The translations under genes and the position numbers were made by a program. A DNA stretch of 63,075 nucleotides, the filler included, from Lenisia limosa (taxonomy: Eukaryota; Protista; Breviatea): NCBI GenBank assembly GCA_001655205.1. It is 8 parts of 8 records of this genome, joined end to end, with 100 filler letters (N's around TTAATTAATTAA, not from the genome) between each part and the next. Parts side by side here need not be neighbours in the genome. Positions count along the whole stretch, not along the records: positions 1 to 28,077 come from LPNZ01011521.1; positions 28,178 to 43,944 come from LPNZ01009369.1; 6 more parts are not named here. One strand, written 5' to 3'. Shown one piece after another: positions 24,801 to 37,700 of the stretch (position 1 is the first letter of the stretch; every line of letters starts with the position of its first letter). The notes beneath the pieces are model-generated. The model saw nothing but the letters and a program-made list of their open reading frames with translations. It had not been told where the DNA came from and made no database searches.

Positions 24801-27367
24801 AGAACACACTAACACCTCAGTTCTAGGAATGCTTCTTTTACCTTCCACGTTCTTCCAGTCTGCACACTTGGGAACTGTCGCTCCTCTCCTCCTCCTTTAT
24901 GCCTTGTTTTTGGTGACTGGGCGCCTTTTGCTGACATTGACAAGCTACCATATACATCGTAGTTATCTTACCGCCAGGCCATGTTTGGACTGGTTATTGG
25001 ACGGGCATGTGGACATCCCGCGGCCGCAGCGTCTCTGGGGTGGTTATACGTCTTCCTTGTGGCCCTCATGACTCAGCTCACTTTCGCTCTTGTAGAAAAA
25101 GGTAACAAACTCTAACCAGTATTCAAGCCCAATCCCATTGTATTCCCATCTGAACCTGACAGTGTCAACGATGTCAACGTACTTCCCGGTTTATGGCCTG
25201 GCTGCGACTTTGTACAGAGCATGGGAAGGTGGGTGTTCTGAGACGATTGTGCTTACTTCCTCCAGACCCTATGGCTGTACCTTCAGACTTATCCATCCTT
25301 GTCAACTCTCTTGTGACAAGTAAGGGGGGAAATGAAGCAAAAATGACCGCAGTCGCTGTTGAGTCTCTTTTCCGACCAAAATAGTCGCTGTTGACTCTGT
25401 TTTCAGACCAAAACAGTGTTTCTGAGCTTAATGTCTCCAGCTTTCGTGGTGCTCCTCATAATCATTGTCATTGACTTTGTCAAAGGACAACGGCCGTCAT
25501 CCAATTCAGACGTGGGGCTGGGCTAAACTGTCACTTTTGAGGCAAAGTAACGATTTAGGATGATAGTTTGGATGAAGAAGGTCTCAATGGACTTATTAGC
25601 ATCCGAGGAGTTTCCAAGGTTTGACTTGATACCTATTTATTGCGATACCAATATTTAACCGCTCAGACATACAAAGCCTCCTCCAGCAGCGAGGGAGAAG
25701 TGCGGGCTGTTGATGGCGTCTCAATGGTCTGTGGATTGGCCTTGATAAGGACAATTTCCAGCTTTCTCACCTCCAGGCGGTTCGGAGGAACGAGTGCATC
25801 GGACTTCTTGGACCGAATGGTGCCGGAAAAGTGAGTACCTTGAGTTATGACCTTTTGTTATGACCTTTTGTTGTGACCGTCTTATTACTGTAGACTACGC
25901 TGGTGAAGATTCTCATGGGAATCGAGTCGTCCTCCGAAGGCAAATGTCTCATTGATGACGTGGACATCACTTCTAACCCGAAACTGGCCAGAAAGGTAGG
26001 GAAGGGTTCTCAAAAGATCGATCGAATGTCTTTGATTGTTAAAGATGATTCCATTTGGATTGAAGTGAAGCTCATTTTAAGTATCCCTAACCTGTTTAGA
26101 GTGTCGGCTACTGTCCGCAGTTCGACTTGCTGTGGGAGAACCTCACCATCAGTATGAATGGGGGAACCTCAAACGGGAAGGGGACAAAAAGTGCACCCAT
26201 CCTACAGCCACCCCTTTCTCTGTTTTCTCATTTTCTCCTTGTAGAGGACCATCTGTCCATTTTCTGCAAGCTCAAGGGATGTCCCTCTTCTGAAGTCAAA
26301 GCAGCCGCACAGGTATTGTCAAGACAATTTATACCTGAACCCATGTCAGCCTTCCATAGGCAATATCTAATTTCGCAGATATTAGCTGAAGCTGTCTCAC
26401 TAGACGGTGACAGTTTCACTAAAATGGCAGGTATGCAAGAACGGAAGAGGAGAGAGATGACCATATTAGGCAAGTGCAGCGGAGGGCAGAAGCGGCGGCT
26501 GTCACTTGGCTTGGCGCTGACAGCCGACCCCAACATCATCATCCTGGACGAGCCAACTACAGGCCTCGACCCTGCCACCAGGTTTGTAGAGGTTGTTAAA
26601 GGGCTGGGCAAATAGCATATCCAAGATTTATCGAGAATGCTGTCTTTTGGGATCTCAATGGGAGCCCTTGTTAGTATCGGCCTGTAGGGTTTCTGTGAGG
26701 AAGATATCTTGAACCGGGCTCTGAGGCTTTGCCAAGTCTTAGGCTGATCACCTTAGAAACTCCGTTTGGTCCATTATTTCGAACATCAGCCCAGGCAGAG
26801 CAGTGATTCTGACTACTCATTTGATGGAGGAGGCGGAGGCCTTATCGTGGGTCTTGGATTACCACTATTCAATATTGTTACTCTTTTTTACGACCTAGTA
26901 CTAGGCTAGTTATTATGATGTCTGGCAAGGTCCGCGCGGAAGGCACATCTCTGCAGCTCAAGAAACAGTTCGGTCAGTGGGATGTGAAATTTGATGGTTG
27001 GGTTCGGTCAAATTGCGATGCAGTGTAACCCCTCATCTAGGTGATGGGTTTGAGCTGAAGGTCACGACAGCAGCGGACAATTTGGCATCATGCCAGAAAC
27101 ACGTGGCCAAAGAGCTGCAGCTGGAGAATGAGGTTTGTTGCGATGGCACTACTGACAATATAGGCCGTGGTCTCGGGTTCACAGGTGACGTTCAATCTCG
27201 GACATGACGCGCTGGACCTTCAAGCCGTCGTCGCTGCCATGGAGCATCAAGATGTGGAAGTGGGTCATCCTTCTAATCCGCTAATCAGTCAGGATTGGTC
27301 ACTGTCAATGTCATCTCTTCATGACGTGTTTGTTCGGCTTGCAATGGAGGCTGAAGGCTCTGTCTAA
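15898..27367 (+). CDS. ABCA: Full-size ABC transporter, subfamily A (TMD1-NBD1-TMD2-NBD2; multi-exon)
   Basis: N-terminus [29 protein letters not shown]|[17 protein letters not shown]1: [16 protein letters not shown] (~18550). NBD1: GPNGAG|KST (20057-20150), GICPQ|FD, S|[27 protein letters not shown]2: GPNGAGK|TT (25810), [39 protein letters not shown]. End [17 protein letters not shown] (TAA 27365-27367). Confidence 0.9.
20358..20483 (-). repeat. Dispersed repeat family B copy in an ABCA intron
   Basis: Reverse complement of the 269-413 consensus. Confidence 0.85.
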
Positions 27368-27916
27368 ACTAAATCTTATTATTCTCAACGGTGTGGTTCT
27401 CTCTATTATTGACTTAATATTACTTGATTAAGGACTTGGAAGACCTCATACTAATGTACATCAAAACAGCGAATAAACAATAAAAACAAATAAAATACTA
27501 GGAGTGAAGAGACTCTCTAAACGCAGCCATTCGGCTGATTGACGCCCTAAAACGTCACAAGACAGCGAAATCATAATCACTTCATGTTATCTTTCAAACA
27601 TACTGGAGGGTTTGAGAAAGGTTCTGAAGGTCATTATCGGAAGGCAGTAGAGACTCTGAAGTAGCTGTGAAGTCAGTTCCTTCTTTCAGCAGCCAACCTT
27701 GGTGGGGTGACATTGTGTCACTTGCTGAGATCTGAGGGACAGGCGACCCTCGTAAGTCTTGGTGTTCTGGTGGTGAGCGTCGAAGCAGTGCAGGTAAGAA
27801 TGATCTGTATCTAATATACGAATTGATCCGTATTTNNNNNNNNNNNNNNNNNNNNNNNNNNNNNNNNNNNNNNNNNNNNNNNNNNNNNNNNNNNNNNNNN
27901 NNNNNNNNNNNNNNNA

Positions 27917-28077
27917 TTGACAGGGCCCGGGGCCGGAGACAGTGATTTGGTCCGGGCTCGAGCGGTTAAAGACTCGACATCTCTGTCCAAACGTGAGGCC
28001 CGGGCCTTCCAGTGGTCACCTAGCGTCTGCAGATGCTTGATACGTCCTGCCGCCTCGTTGAGCTCGGTTTCAACCTT
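27917..28077 (-). CDS. Coiled-coil exon fragment of an unidentified gene truncated by contig end
   Basis: Open reading KVETELNEAAGRIKHLQTLGDHWKARASRLDRDVESLTARART between a gap and the contig spacer. Confidence 0.3.
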
Positions 28078-28177
28078 NNNNNNNNNNNNNNNNNNNNNNN
28101 NNNNNNNNNNNNNNNNNNNNNTTAATTAATTAANNNNNNNNNNNNNNNNNNNNNNNNNNNNNNNNNNNNNNNNNNNN
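28078..28177. other. Artificial contig spacer N44-TTAATTAATTAA-N44 (also 43945-44044, 45586-45685, 50230-50329, 55883-55982, 57692-57791, 61166-61265)
   Basis: Identical 100-nt structure seven times; the 12-mer puts stops in all six frames. Confidence 0.97.
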
Positions 28178-29818
28178 AAGGCCAAGGTTCTGGCACCTGC
28201 TGAGGCCAGAATGGTCTACACTAAGGAGGACCCCAAGTTGCCCACATGACCCTTGTCGGGACTATCGGGTATGAGTGAAAAGGGGGTGTTTTTTTTTTGA
28301 ATATTTGAAATTATTTTATTTGGTTGTGATTCTATTTTCATATATCTAGCTCCAGTGGTAAGAAGGTTCCCTCTCTTGTGCTGCTTGCGAACAAGACCGC
28401 CTCCTTTGAGCTCAAGATCGCTGAGTGGTACGATGCCCTCATTAAGTCCACTACCAAGGGTTGGCAAGTATACTTCGGTGAATGTCGAATTGATAGGTGG
28501 TGTGGGTGTGCTAGTTTATGTAAAGATGGTGGTAAGCTTTATTTTACCTTGTTTTACACCTCGACTGGGCCAAAAACGTCTTCATCCCCCATGTCGAGGC
28601 TGAACGCAAGCGCCTCGGTCTCCCTCCCTCCACCTGGGCAGTGCTTGTGATGGACGGTCACTCCTCCAGATACTGCGCCATGGCCCTCATCCTCCTCCGC
28701 CTCCACCACATTCACGTCTACATCCTCCCACTTCCCATGTCCTCCAACCTGTTGACCGTATGACGTTTGGCGTGGTCAAGGCTGTCCTTCACTCTTCCCT
28801 CACGTCCATCCTTGGCAAGGCTCCTCTCATCCCCCCTGGCTGCTCCAACACTATAGATATTCGTTGTCGTGTCAATAGCAAACACTTTTTTGATTCAAAC
28901 AAATGGTTCAGTAATCAATTTTGTCTTTCATGTTGCCTTTTCTCACACCAATTCAGCGCCTTCAACATTGCCTCAGACCCCTGCCTCACCTTTGCCGCTT
29001 TCCAGGCCGCAGGCATCCTCAAGTCTACCAATGGCATCACCATCTCCCCATGGCAGGTTGTCAAGCACCTCCCTGACCCCTCTGTCGCTTTCACCATCCA
29101 TCTCCAGTACCCCCTTCGCACCACCCTCTACTCAGCCCTCCTTACGACCGACGAGGCCATTGCTGGCTTTGAGGCTGCCAATAACAACGACGACTCTGAA
29201 GGTGACTGGTCCCTCATCACTGCCTACATCAAGAAGCTTGACCAGAACGAGCAGAATGCCTTCCTCGTCAACCTCGAGAATAAGACCTGACCGTGCGCTT
29301 GTTGAGTCTCGCCCTGATTCTATGTCCCCCACTGCCCTTATCCCCATCATCCGTGAGCGTATCCTAACTCCATCAAGAACCTCATGGCTGACGTAAAAGT
29401 GCGCACCCTCGAGGTTAGTTGGATTTGGGTTGGAGTTATTTTTTATGATCCTCTGTGATATTTTTCTCATATTCTAGTCTCTTCNNNNNNNNNNCTATCT
29501 AGATTTTTCTTCCTGTTTACTAAATTGGTAAACATCATATGTTCTGAACCCAGTCCCCGCCACGGACGAAGCCAACGATGGTATGGGGAGAACTATTGAT
29601 TTTACAAACTTTGTGTTGAATCTCTAAGTGTGTTCAGAAGCCTGTCCGTCACCGCACTACCAGAAAGTCCGTAACGAACAAACCCAAGGTTGGTGTATTT
29701 AAGTGACAAGTATGGCTCTGTTTTACCGGAAACGTTTGTGACTCCAATATAGGTTATCCGTGCCAAAGCTCCAGCCAAGCGCAAGACCCTAGTTCGTACT
29801 CGAGCGCTGAGGAAGTGA
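28178..29818 (+). pseudogene. pogo/Tigger-like (DDE_1) transposase, intron-containing, with about 4 frameshifts; 5' end cut by contig spacer
   Basis: KVLAP..A..V..(H)MTLVGTI|GKKVPSLVLL..STTKGW, LDWAKNVFIPHV, WAVLVMDGHSSR, HIHVYILP/TSHVLQPVD..FG.VK, AFQAAGI: the DDE_1 motifs LxxDGHxSH and LPxxTSHxLQPxD. Frameshifts at about 28245, 28730, 29288 and 29365. Basic C-terminal exons extend to TGA 29816-29818. Confidence 0.75.
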
Positions 29819-30143
29819 TGTGTTTTGTTCTGTGTAATTTTCTTTGTCTTTTCATGAATCTTTGAATTAAGATTCAATTCATTTTCAAATTCACAAAAAA
29901 TAAGTGGTGCTGACTGAGTTGAAAATAGGTGAAAATGAACGCTTTATCAAAAAAAAAAAATGTTAAAACCAGAAATAGAACAAGAACAAGCATAATAGTT
30001 TTTCAAAAACAAGTGATTCACAGTTTTGTCCCTGATTCACAGTTCTGTCCCGTGATTCATGTTTTGTCTATATAAACAGTGTATATCTAGTGTTTCACTC
30101 TCCATCGATCTGCGATCGAACCGAACCGATCATATAGTATCTC

Positions 30144-31494
30144 ATGGAATCGCCTAATTTGATCAACAAAAGTTCCGAAACCAATCTAAGAACACCCCCC
30201 CCNNNNNNNNNNNNNNNNNNNNNNNNNNNNNNNNNNNNNNNNNNNNNNNNNNNNNNNNNNNNNNNNNNNNNNNNNNNNNNNNNNNNNNNNNNNNNNNNNN
30301 NNNNNNNNNTATAGGAGTAGACAATTAGACCCTGAGGAACCCCATCAACCAACCAAAACCGCTGAGCAATTGGAGACATTCACATGGTCAACATGTACCT
30401 CCCCATAACTGTCCCCCATCAAAAAGCCGAATTCGAGCTGAAATGGTTAAATAATACTTGACACTATATCATTGATACAATTATGTAGAAATGCAGAAAG
30501 TCAAAGGTAGTTTCTGGCCGAAGCCGTCCACACCATCACACTTATTGATGACATAGTTTATCAATTCACACACAATACTTGCATCGGTTCCACTCTGTTT
30601 TCTCTCCTTTTTAGCCTGAATTTATCTACCTGTTTTCTCTCCTTTTTAGCCTGAATTTATCCAATCTGATACATAGTCATGATAGTTCGTATTTAACCCC
30701 ATCGCCTAGCTTTAGTGATAATATACTGAGAACTAGCAACAATAAGCCTAAATATACCACAGTGACGGTTTTGAAATATGCTCTGTTTTCTTAGTTTTTA
30801 AGTCATAGATTTTCTTCCAAGTAAACAGTAAATTAAAGCCAAAGGAAATATCTTTTTTTTTTTCAAAAAAATTCACGGTTTTTTGAAGTGAACTGAACTG
30901 AACTTTTTCAATTTAAGTAGCGTCCCTTTAGCTTTGACTTCCTCTTTGCCAACAAATCTTAGGGAGCGTTAGTACTAGGGTGGATGCACGGGTTCGCGTT
31001 AGGAGAAGGCAAGATCGAGCCGGGAGCTGACCTAAGTTGGTGGGAATTGGTCTATTTATCTTTTTAAATGGTTCTAATTCTGTTTTTTAAACAATAATTG
31101 TCACCCTGTAAGGAAAACGGAATGCATATCATTGGTATCAATCTAAGCTTATTTCACAACGAAGTCTGTCTTGATTGGTCTTCATCTCATGGCAAAAACG
31201 TATAATTCCTCCCCAAGCATCCCCATTCTTGCAATCGGTGATAATGCAAGGATACATGCATGTATTAAAAACTGTGCAATTCTTTGTGCTCGACCGGTGA
31301 TGAGCAAGTGGCAGTAATCCGTCCTGGACAGGTTGGTTGTGGTAACTGGCTAGATATGACGTAATCTTCAGGTTATTGCGAGTAAAAGCGAGCTAAAGAT
31401 GGATCGGAAGCAGGCGGAACAAAATCAGGATGGAGTGTTGCGTCCCAATTCGCATGTGATAGCGAAGATGAAGAAAAAGGCCAAAAAGAAGTGA
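30144..31494 (+). CDS. Hypothetical protein (multi-exon)
   Basis: Plausible exons MESPNLINKSSET.., AYFTTKSVLIGLHLMAK.., LCNSLCSTGDEQVAVIRPGQ|VIASKSELKMDRKQ..KKAKKK*. No recognisable family. Confidence 0.3.
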
Positions 31495-31757
31495 CTGTAT
31501 CCCCAATATAATACTTTTGACTCTAATGGGCGATTATTTTACTCAATTCTTCAAGTTTTTAATTATAATTTTCTAATATTTCTATACAAAGGGTGATTTT
31601 TTTACAAGCTGGAACACGTTTTTTGAAAATGAGATTGCAAAAATAAAATATTCAAAACCGTCACAGTTTCTCAAAACCGTCACAGTTTTGGTCCGGGAGC
31701 CTATATATACATATATACATGTATAATTACTATATATTATGATATATATCAAATTGA

Positions 31758-34700
31758 TTAATTTAAGCTAAAAAGGAGGGGAAACAGAGTTGCATTATTA
31801 ATCCCCCCCCCCCCAGATCTCCTGCCAACTGGGTTTCCCGTGACGTGACAGTCTTTAATTAGAATGTTGCGGAAATAGGCCTGAAACGGGTGAGTTCGAA
31901 GGGAGTAAAAATGAAAACGGAGGAATGGGATAAATTCAAGGAACAATGTCTAGGCGCCATCTCACTGTGAGTTGATAATTAAGTAGGGCTCCGTGCAATA
32001 ATAAATTTCAAAATTTCAAGTTTACATCTCATCTCAGACACTTTGATTTCAAATTGTGTCCAACACCCATAAAGTGCCACAGACATAATTATACAATATT
32101 ACTATTGAAATGCCCTCACTCTCCAGCTTTGGAGTAATCGTAGAGCTTCACTCGTCTTATAAAGGTTTCTAGCAAAAATCCGCCTACGCCTCCAAAGCAG
32201 CATCATTAATTACCCCTCCATTACCCCCAAGAGGCATGATAGATACTAGAACTTTAATTTGGGTTCCAAATGACGGACAAAATACCGATACTTATCGTAG
32301 AGAGTTCTGTCTTTTTTTGGAACCGAAAGTGAAGCTCTAATCAATAACCCACCTCCACATCAGCAGACACATCGCCGATGAGAATGCCAAAAGAACTTTC
32401 GGATGTAATGGTGACTGAAGAGTAATAAAGTGATAAACGTGACTGACTAAACAAATGTTAATAAAGCCATAAACGCGATTGTGACTAAAAAAGATTATTA
32501 GGGGAATAGGAAGGATTATTCCCGAATAATTTAGGGGAGGGGGTGGTGGCAAAATAATGGATACACACCCCTTTCCTTCCACAGCTTACAAGATCCTGAA
32601 ATGATGAGGTTTTCCACTTGAAGGAATCCGTTGACACGTTTGATCAAAGGGCTCTGCAATGTGAGCATACAAGAAAGAATGTTATAGAAAAAAGAATATA
32701 GGGTTATAAAATAAGGACAAATTACGAAAGCCTTGGCACAATAATATCCCCTCTACATTCAGGGTAATTGCCTTGCCATTTCCTTGGAGAAACACTTCAC
32801 TCCCAGCAGCCTAGAAATTCGTAAGTTATTGGAGGGTTGTGATTATTGCAAAAGATTAGTGTNNNNNNNNNNNNNNNNNNNNNNNNNNNNNNNNNNNNNN
32901 NNNNNNNNNNNNNNNNNNNNNNNNNNNNNNNNNNNNNNNNNNNNNNNNGGTTATAATCCAATCCCCCCAACCAATTCCACATTGACACTTTCAGTGCAAA
33001 TAAGATCCTGTTTCACTGAGATGATAACAGGAATTCCTGAAGTCGCTGACGCCAGGGATGATGACAGGGCCGCGCATGACAATACATCGACCTCCGATGC
33101 TAGAGTGGTGAGGGAAATCAAAGAGATAGGAAGAAGATAATTGAGTGATGACAGTTGTTGATTCAGCTATTCTTCTTTGTGGCAGAGACGAAAAGCCCNN
33201 NNNNNNNNNNNNNNNNNNNNNNNNNNNNNNNNNNNNNNNNNNNNNNNNNNNNNNNNNNNNNNNNNNNNNNNNNNNNNNNNNNNNNNNNNNNNNNNNNNNN
33301 NNNNNNNNNNNNNNNNNNNNNNNNNNNNNNNNNNNNNNNNNATCAAAAGTCTCCTTCATTTCACGGACTGAGGGGAGAGCAAACGCCTAGAAAGGTAACC
33401 ATATAAACTGCCACGTGACATTCAAAGAAGGAAGGTTCTGGTTGATTTCTTCACATTTCTGACATTCGCAATACCCCTCACATTTGAAAGATCTACGCTG
33501 CAAAAGTCCAAACGAATTTGGTCAAAAGTCAGCTCATCATAAGCCATCTATGGGATGAGTTGAAATAAATATGATAATAGGAGGGTGAGATAACAATCTG
33601 CACAGTTCAATTCATTTTATCGGCCAGTTTTGAGACCAGTTCATCCAATTTAGATTGGTTAGGAGCAGATGGCAAAAGGGGAACATCAAGAAATAAAAAG
33701 AGAATCTCGGGGATAGAATCAGCCCTCTCTCCAAAATATTTCTTCATCATAATTACGCAACCAAGCAACCGTCCTCCCACCTTCATTGAAAGCCATGGAA
33801 CCGAAGTCCGCCCTTCAAGGTCCCTCAGCACATGCAGGGTGTATAACGGGTCGTCCCAAGTCGGATCAAGGGAGGAGTGGTACATGGAACCTGTCACTCT
33901 GTTGGGGGGGAGGGTAAAATTGTGACATTTATGAAACAGAGACAAAGCCCACAATCAGGGTGTAAACAAAGACTATTGGCAGAAGGCCTAATCTTGGGCC
34001 TTTTCGGACCAAAGTCAACCCCTATTATCAACCTACATTGATGTTCCAGAAATTGAGTCACGGTTTGTGAGACTGTACTTCAACCCTGCAGCAACATAGC
34101 CGTCAAGTTGATGCGCTTCGTTTGCTGCTATGCTGAAGGGGTATTTTGAGAAACGTTAACCAAAAATAAAAAATGTTGGGTTGACATTTGTGAAACACAA
34201 AAGTGAGGAACTAAATCAAAACTAGAGGCTCTGACTATAACACCGATACTGAATATGATATGTTAAACATGCATAATTTAGCAATGAGAAATAAAAAATA
34301 AGGTTGTATCTGGCCAAAGCCGTCTACACCATCACGCTTATTAGAGATATTTAGCTTATATTATATCCCAGCACATTCTAAAATCAACCTCCCAACAAAC
34401 ATCATTAGCGGGGCAGTATGCGAAGCAAGATAGGGCGAGAAAGAGACCACTGATCGGCGTAAATCAAGGGTACTCGCAGCCCGGGCAAATGCCAGACTTG
34501 GTTTCGTGCCGCCTCTCTAAAGGTGTTACTTTGGCTTTACGATATTACACTATGCTTTATGGTATGACTCTTAAGCACGATTGAACAAAATGATGAAAGA
34601 AAGCCCACCAAAAGACATAATAAATAAAAGGAAGCAATTGAAAAAAGAAAAACACACGATATTTATATCAACTTTATTTCCCTGGTCCAAAGGACGACAC

Positions 34701-37700
34701 CNNNNNNNNNNNNNNNNNNNNNNNNNNNNNNNNNNNNNNNNNNNNNNNNNNNNNNNNNNNNNNNNNNNNNNNNNNNNNNNNNNNNNNNNNNNNNNNNNNN
34801 NNNNNNNNNNNNNNNNNNNNNNNNNNNNNNNNNNCTGGATAAATCCACTGCGGTCAAGGAGGAGACAAGTTCGCCCAGCACTGTGTGGAATGTTGAGGAT
34901 TGGAGAACCAATAACCCACACCGCGTGCATATTATCGTTGAGTCCTGGGAAAGTGAAAAAAAATAGCATTAACATCATGGGCTATTCATGGGCAGTGAAA
35001 TATGTTTGCATTATAATCCTAAGGTAGTAAAACAAACAAAACACCCACATTTGTATTATAACACGTAACCCTCTCCCTACCATAGTGAAATTTGCTGAAA
35101 GAGAGGCATGGCAATTCTCAATATAGGCATTGGTGGCGTTGACAACGATCCCATTGAACTCCACCATACTGCTAAAATCCATCTGTTTTGATCAGTGTTT
35201 ATGCCATTTGTAGTGTTGATGCCAGCGTTTAGTCCATTGAAATAATATCATAATTCTAAATTTTATGGTCCTATTTCAACCTTGGTCAGTATTTAGCCCT
35301 TTGAATTTTCTGCTGCTAAAAACTAGATCATATTTTTAGCTTATTAAATATATTCATATTATAGTGATCAATGTTATTCTTTAAATTATATGCTTTCTCC
35401 TACTGCACGTGCCGCCCCTCCCACTTCAGTAGCAACATTTGTGAGGTCGGTACTCTGAATCAGTTAAGATGGAAGCGTCGGCCGGATATTTATCATATAA
35501 TGTAGTAGTATAGAGATGAGAAATACCTCAGGAAGCCGTCCAAACCATTCGTTTACGAGATTGGAGTATAGTGCAAGTGAAATATTAATTCACCCAATCA
35601 TTTGCGTTACAATTCTGTGTACACAGCTTTCATTGGTAATACATCGTTAGTTAACTAGGAGTGGTATGTATGGAGATTTTAAGAGGTAATTGTTAGTGGG
35701 GGGTTGAATGTATAATAGCAAAATCTGAAGCGATAAAAAAATCATATATGAAGTCTGGGTGAAGAGGAAGTTGTAATGATGTGATGTCAGAGGTGTGGTT
35801 GTGGTATGTAACCTAAGCGTACCGTCGTATCAGAAGTCCAGGCAACAAAGGAGGAATACGAAGCCTCAGAATGGAACAAAAATGACGATGTTGACACCTG
35901 AAGAGTGACAAAAATGACGATGTTGACACGACAAAAATGACAATTACAAGTACACAGTAATAGTATAGTCCCATATATCACGTCAAAATCTGCGCCCTTG
36001 CCAGAGGGATAATACAGTTAATACCCTCCCACATTCACTGAACCGCCCCCGATTAGACCCGGGTACTCCAAGGAGCCTGAACTCTCCAATGCCCCAGGAT
36101 CGACTTCCTGATAGAAGGCAACGTGAAGATTCAACGCTGTTAGTTGGCCGTTCAGAGTGGACACCAGGACTGGTGCTTGGGCGTTGGTGATTTGGGCCTG
36201 GTGTAAGAATCACATAAAAATGCGAGTATGAGAATTGAAAAACAAAATGGAAAACGCTTTAGAAAAATAAAAATAACCGAGATTATTACAAAAGTGATGA
36301 AAATAGAACGATTAAACATGAGAAAATGAATTGGCAACACAGTACTAGATCATCCCGGTTATACACAGACCTTACTGTAACTGCTACAAACATACACAGA
36401 TGTATCGTGCAACTAATACATGTCCACACCATAATGTAACAAATAAAAATATGCCACTTACTGTGTAACTGATACTGGACATTTCAGCATCTGCGTTCAC
36501 CACTTTGAAAAGAGAGAACTTACCCTGCAAGAGTGTCATCGATGTTGACAAGACATAAGTATGACCCCCCCCCCCCAANNNNNNNNNNNNNNNNNNNNNN
36601 NNNNNNNNNNNNNNNNNNNNNNNNNNNNATGACGGTTGGTGCATTGATTGTTCCGAATAAGGAAAGGGCTGAAAGCGTGAGAACTGTCGATTTTGCCTGC
36701 TTCAAATGGGAGACGTTCTAAATAGGAGAGGTTGGGTGAAGTTTCACGGGTACTCATGACTCAGTTGGTTACTCTCAAAATGAATGGCATGTATTGAATT
36801 CGTTATGAGTCTTTTCAAAGACAAAAAATACTAAAATAGCTATGAACCCACACACACACACCAAACAAGAAAAAAAATGAAACCTATTCGGCACCCCCCC
36901 CCCCCNNNNNNNNNNNNNNNACCGACTACTCAGTTAGAGTTGGTAGGGGGTACTATGACAGAAATCAGTTTTGTACATATATCTAATACATTAATTTATA
37001 AACGTGTCAATCAACTAATTTCACAGAGCCCTGGTAACAAATATCGATATGTATCAATATCAAGACAACAGTATTCGGACTGAAAAGTCCAAAATTCACA
37101 CAATCCTTGCAACCCCCGAAATTACCTGGGCTGCATGTGTCACTGAAAAGAGAACACTCTCAATATTTTGAGAACCTGGGGGTGGGCGGGGGTGATTTTC
37201 AAAAATATGACGATACAGTTACGTCTTCATCATACAAAAGAATCTTGAGATTTCAAAAAAAAAGTGATAAAAATTACCTGGTGCGATGCAACAATATTTC
37301 AACAACGATTGATAACTTTCTCGAGGAATACCGGGATTATATCAGTAGGGCTTCACTTCGGTCCGAAAAGATCGGAAAATATCAATAGTTTTGGAGGGTA
37401 TTTTATCGAACCGAAGTGAAGCCCTACTAACAAGCCCTGACCCACCCCCAGTATGTCGAATATTGAGATTGGAGATGGAAAGGGCGTCACCGGTGAAATT
37501 CAAGTTCAGGGAGTGCTGCCATGATTAATTAGGATGAGCACACGACTACAAATATTGCAAATACCATATGATGATAAAGCTGAACCTTTATTACCTCCAC
37601 TTCATGCCTCCTCCATTCCTTACGACATTTTAATTGTTGATTGAAAGTTTACATAGATCCTAATGCGTTTGGTTTATGGTTGATTCACGAGGTACCCTAT

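Noticed and set aside
8021-27367. Secondary-metabolite NRPS biosynthetic gene cluster
   Set aside because: A single module with no condensation domain and no tailoring genes; the architecture matches a primary-metabolism reductase.
28178-29400. Insertional RNA editing to repair the transposase frameshifts
   Set aside because: Indels are not all the same type, and no other gene in the window needs correction; decay or consensus error is simpler.
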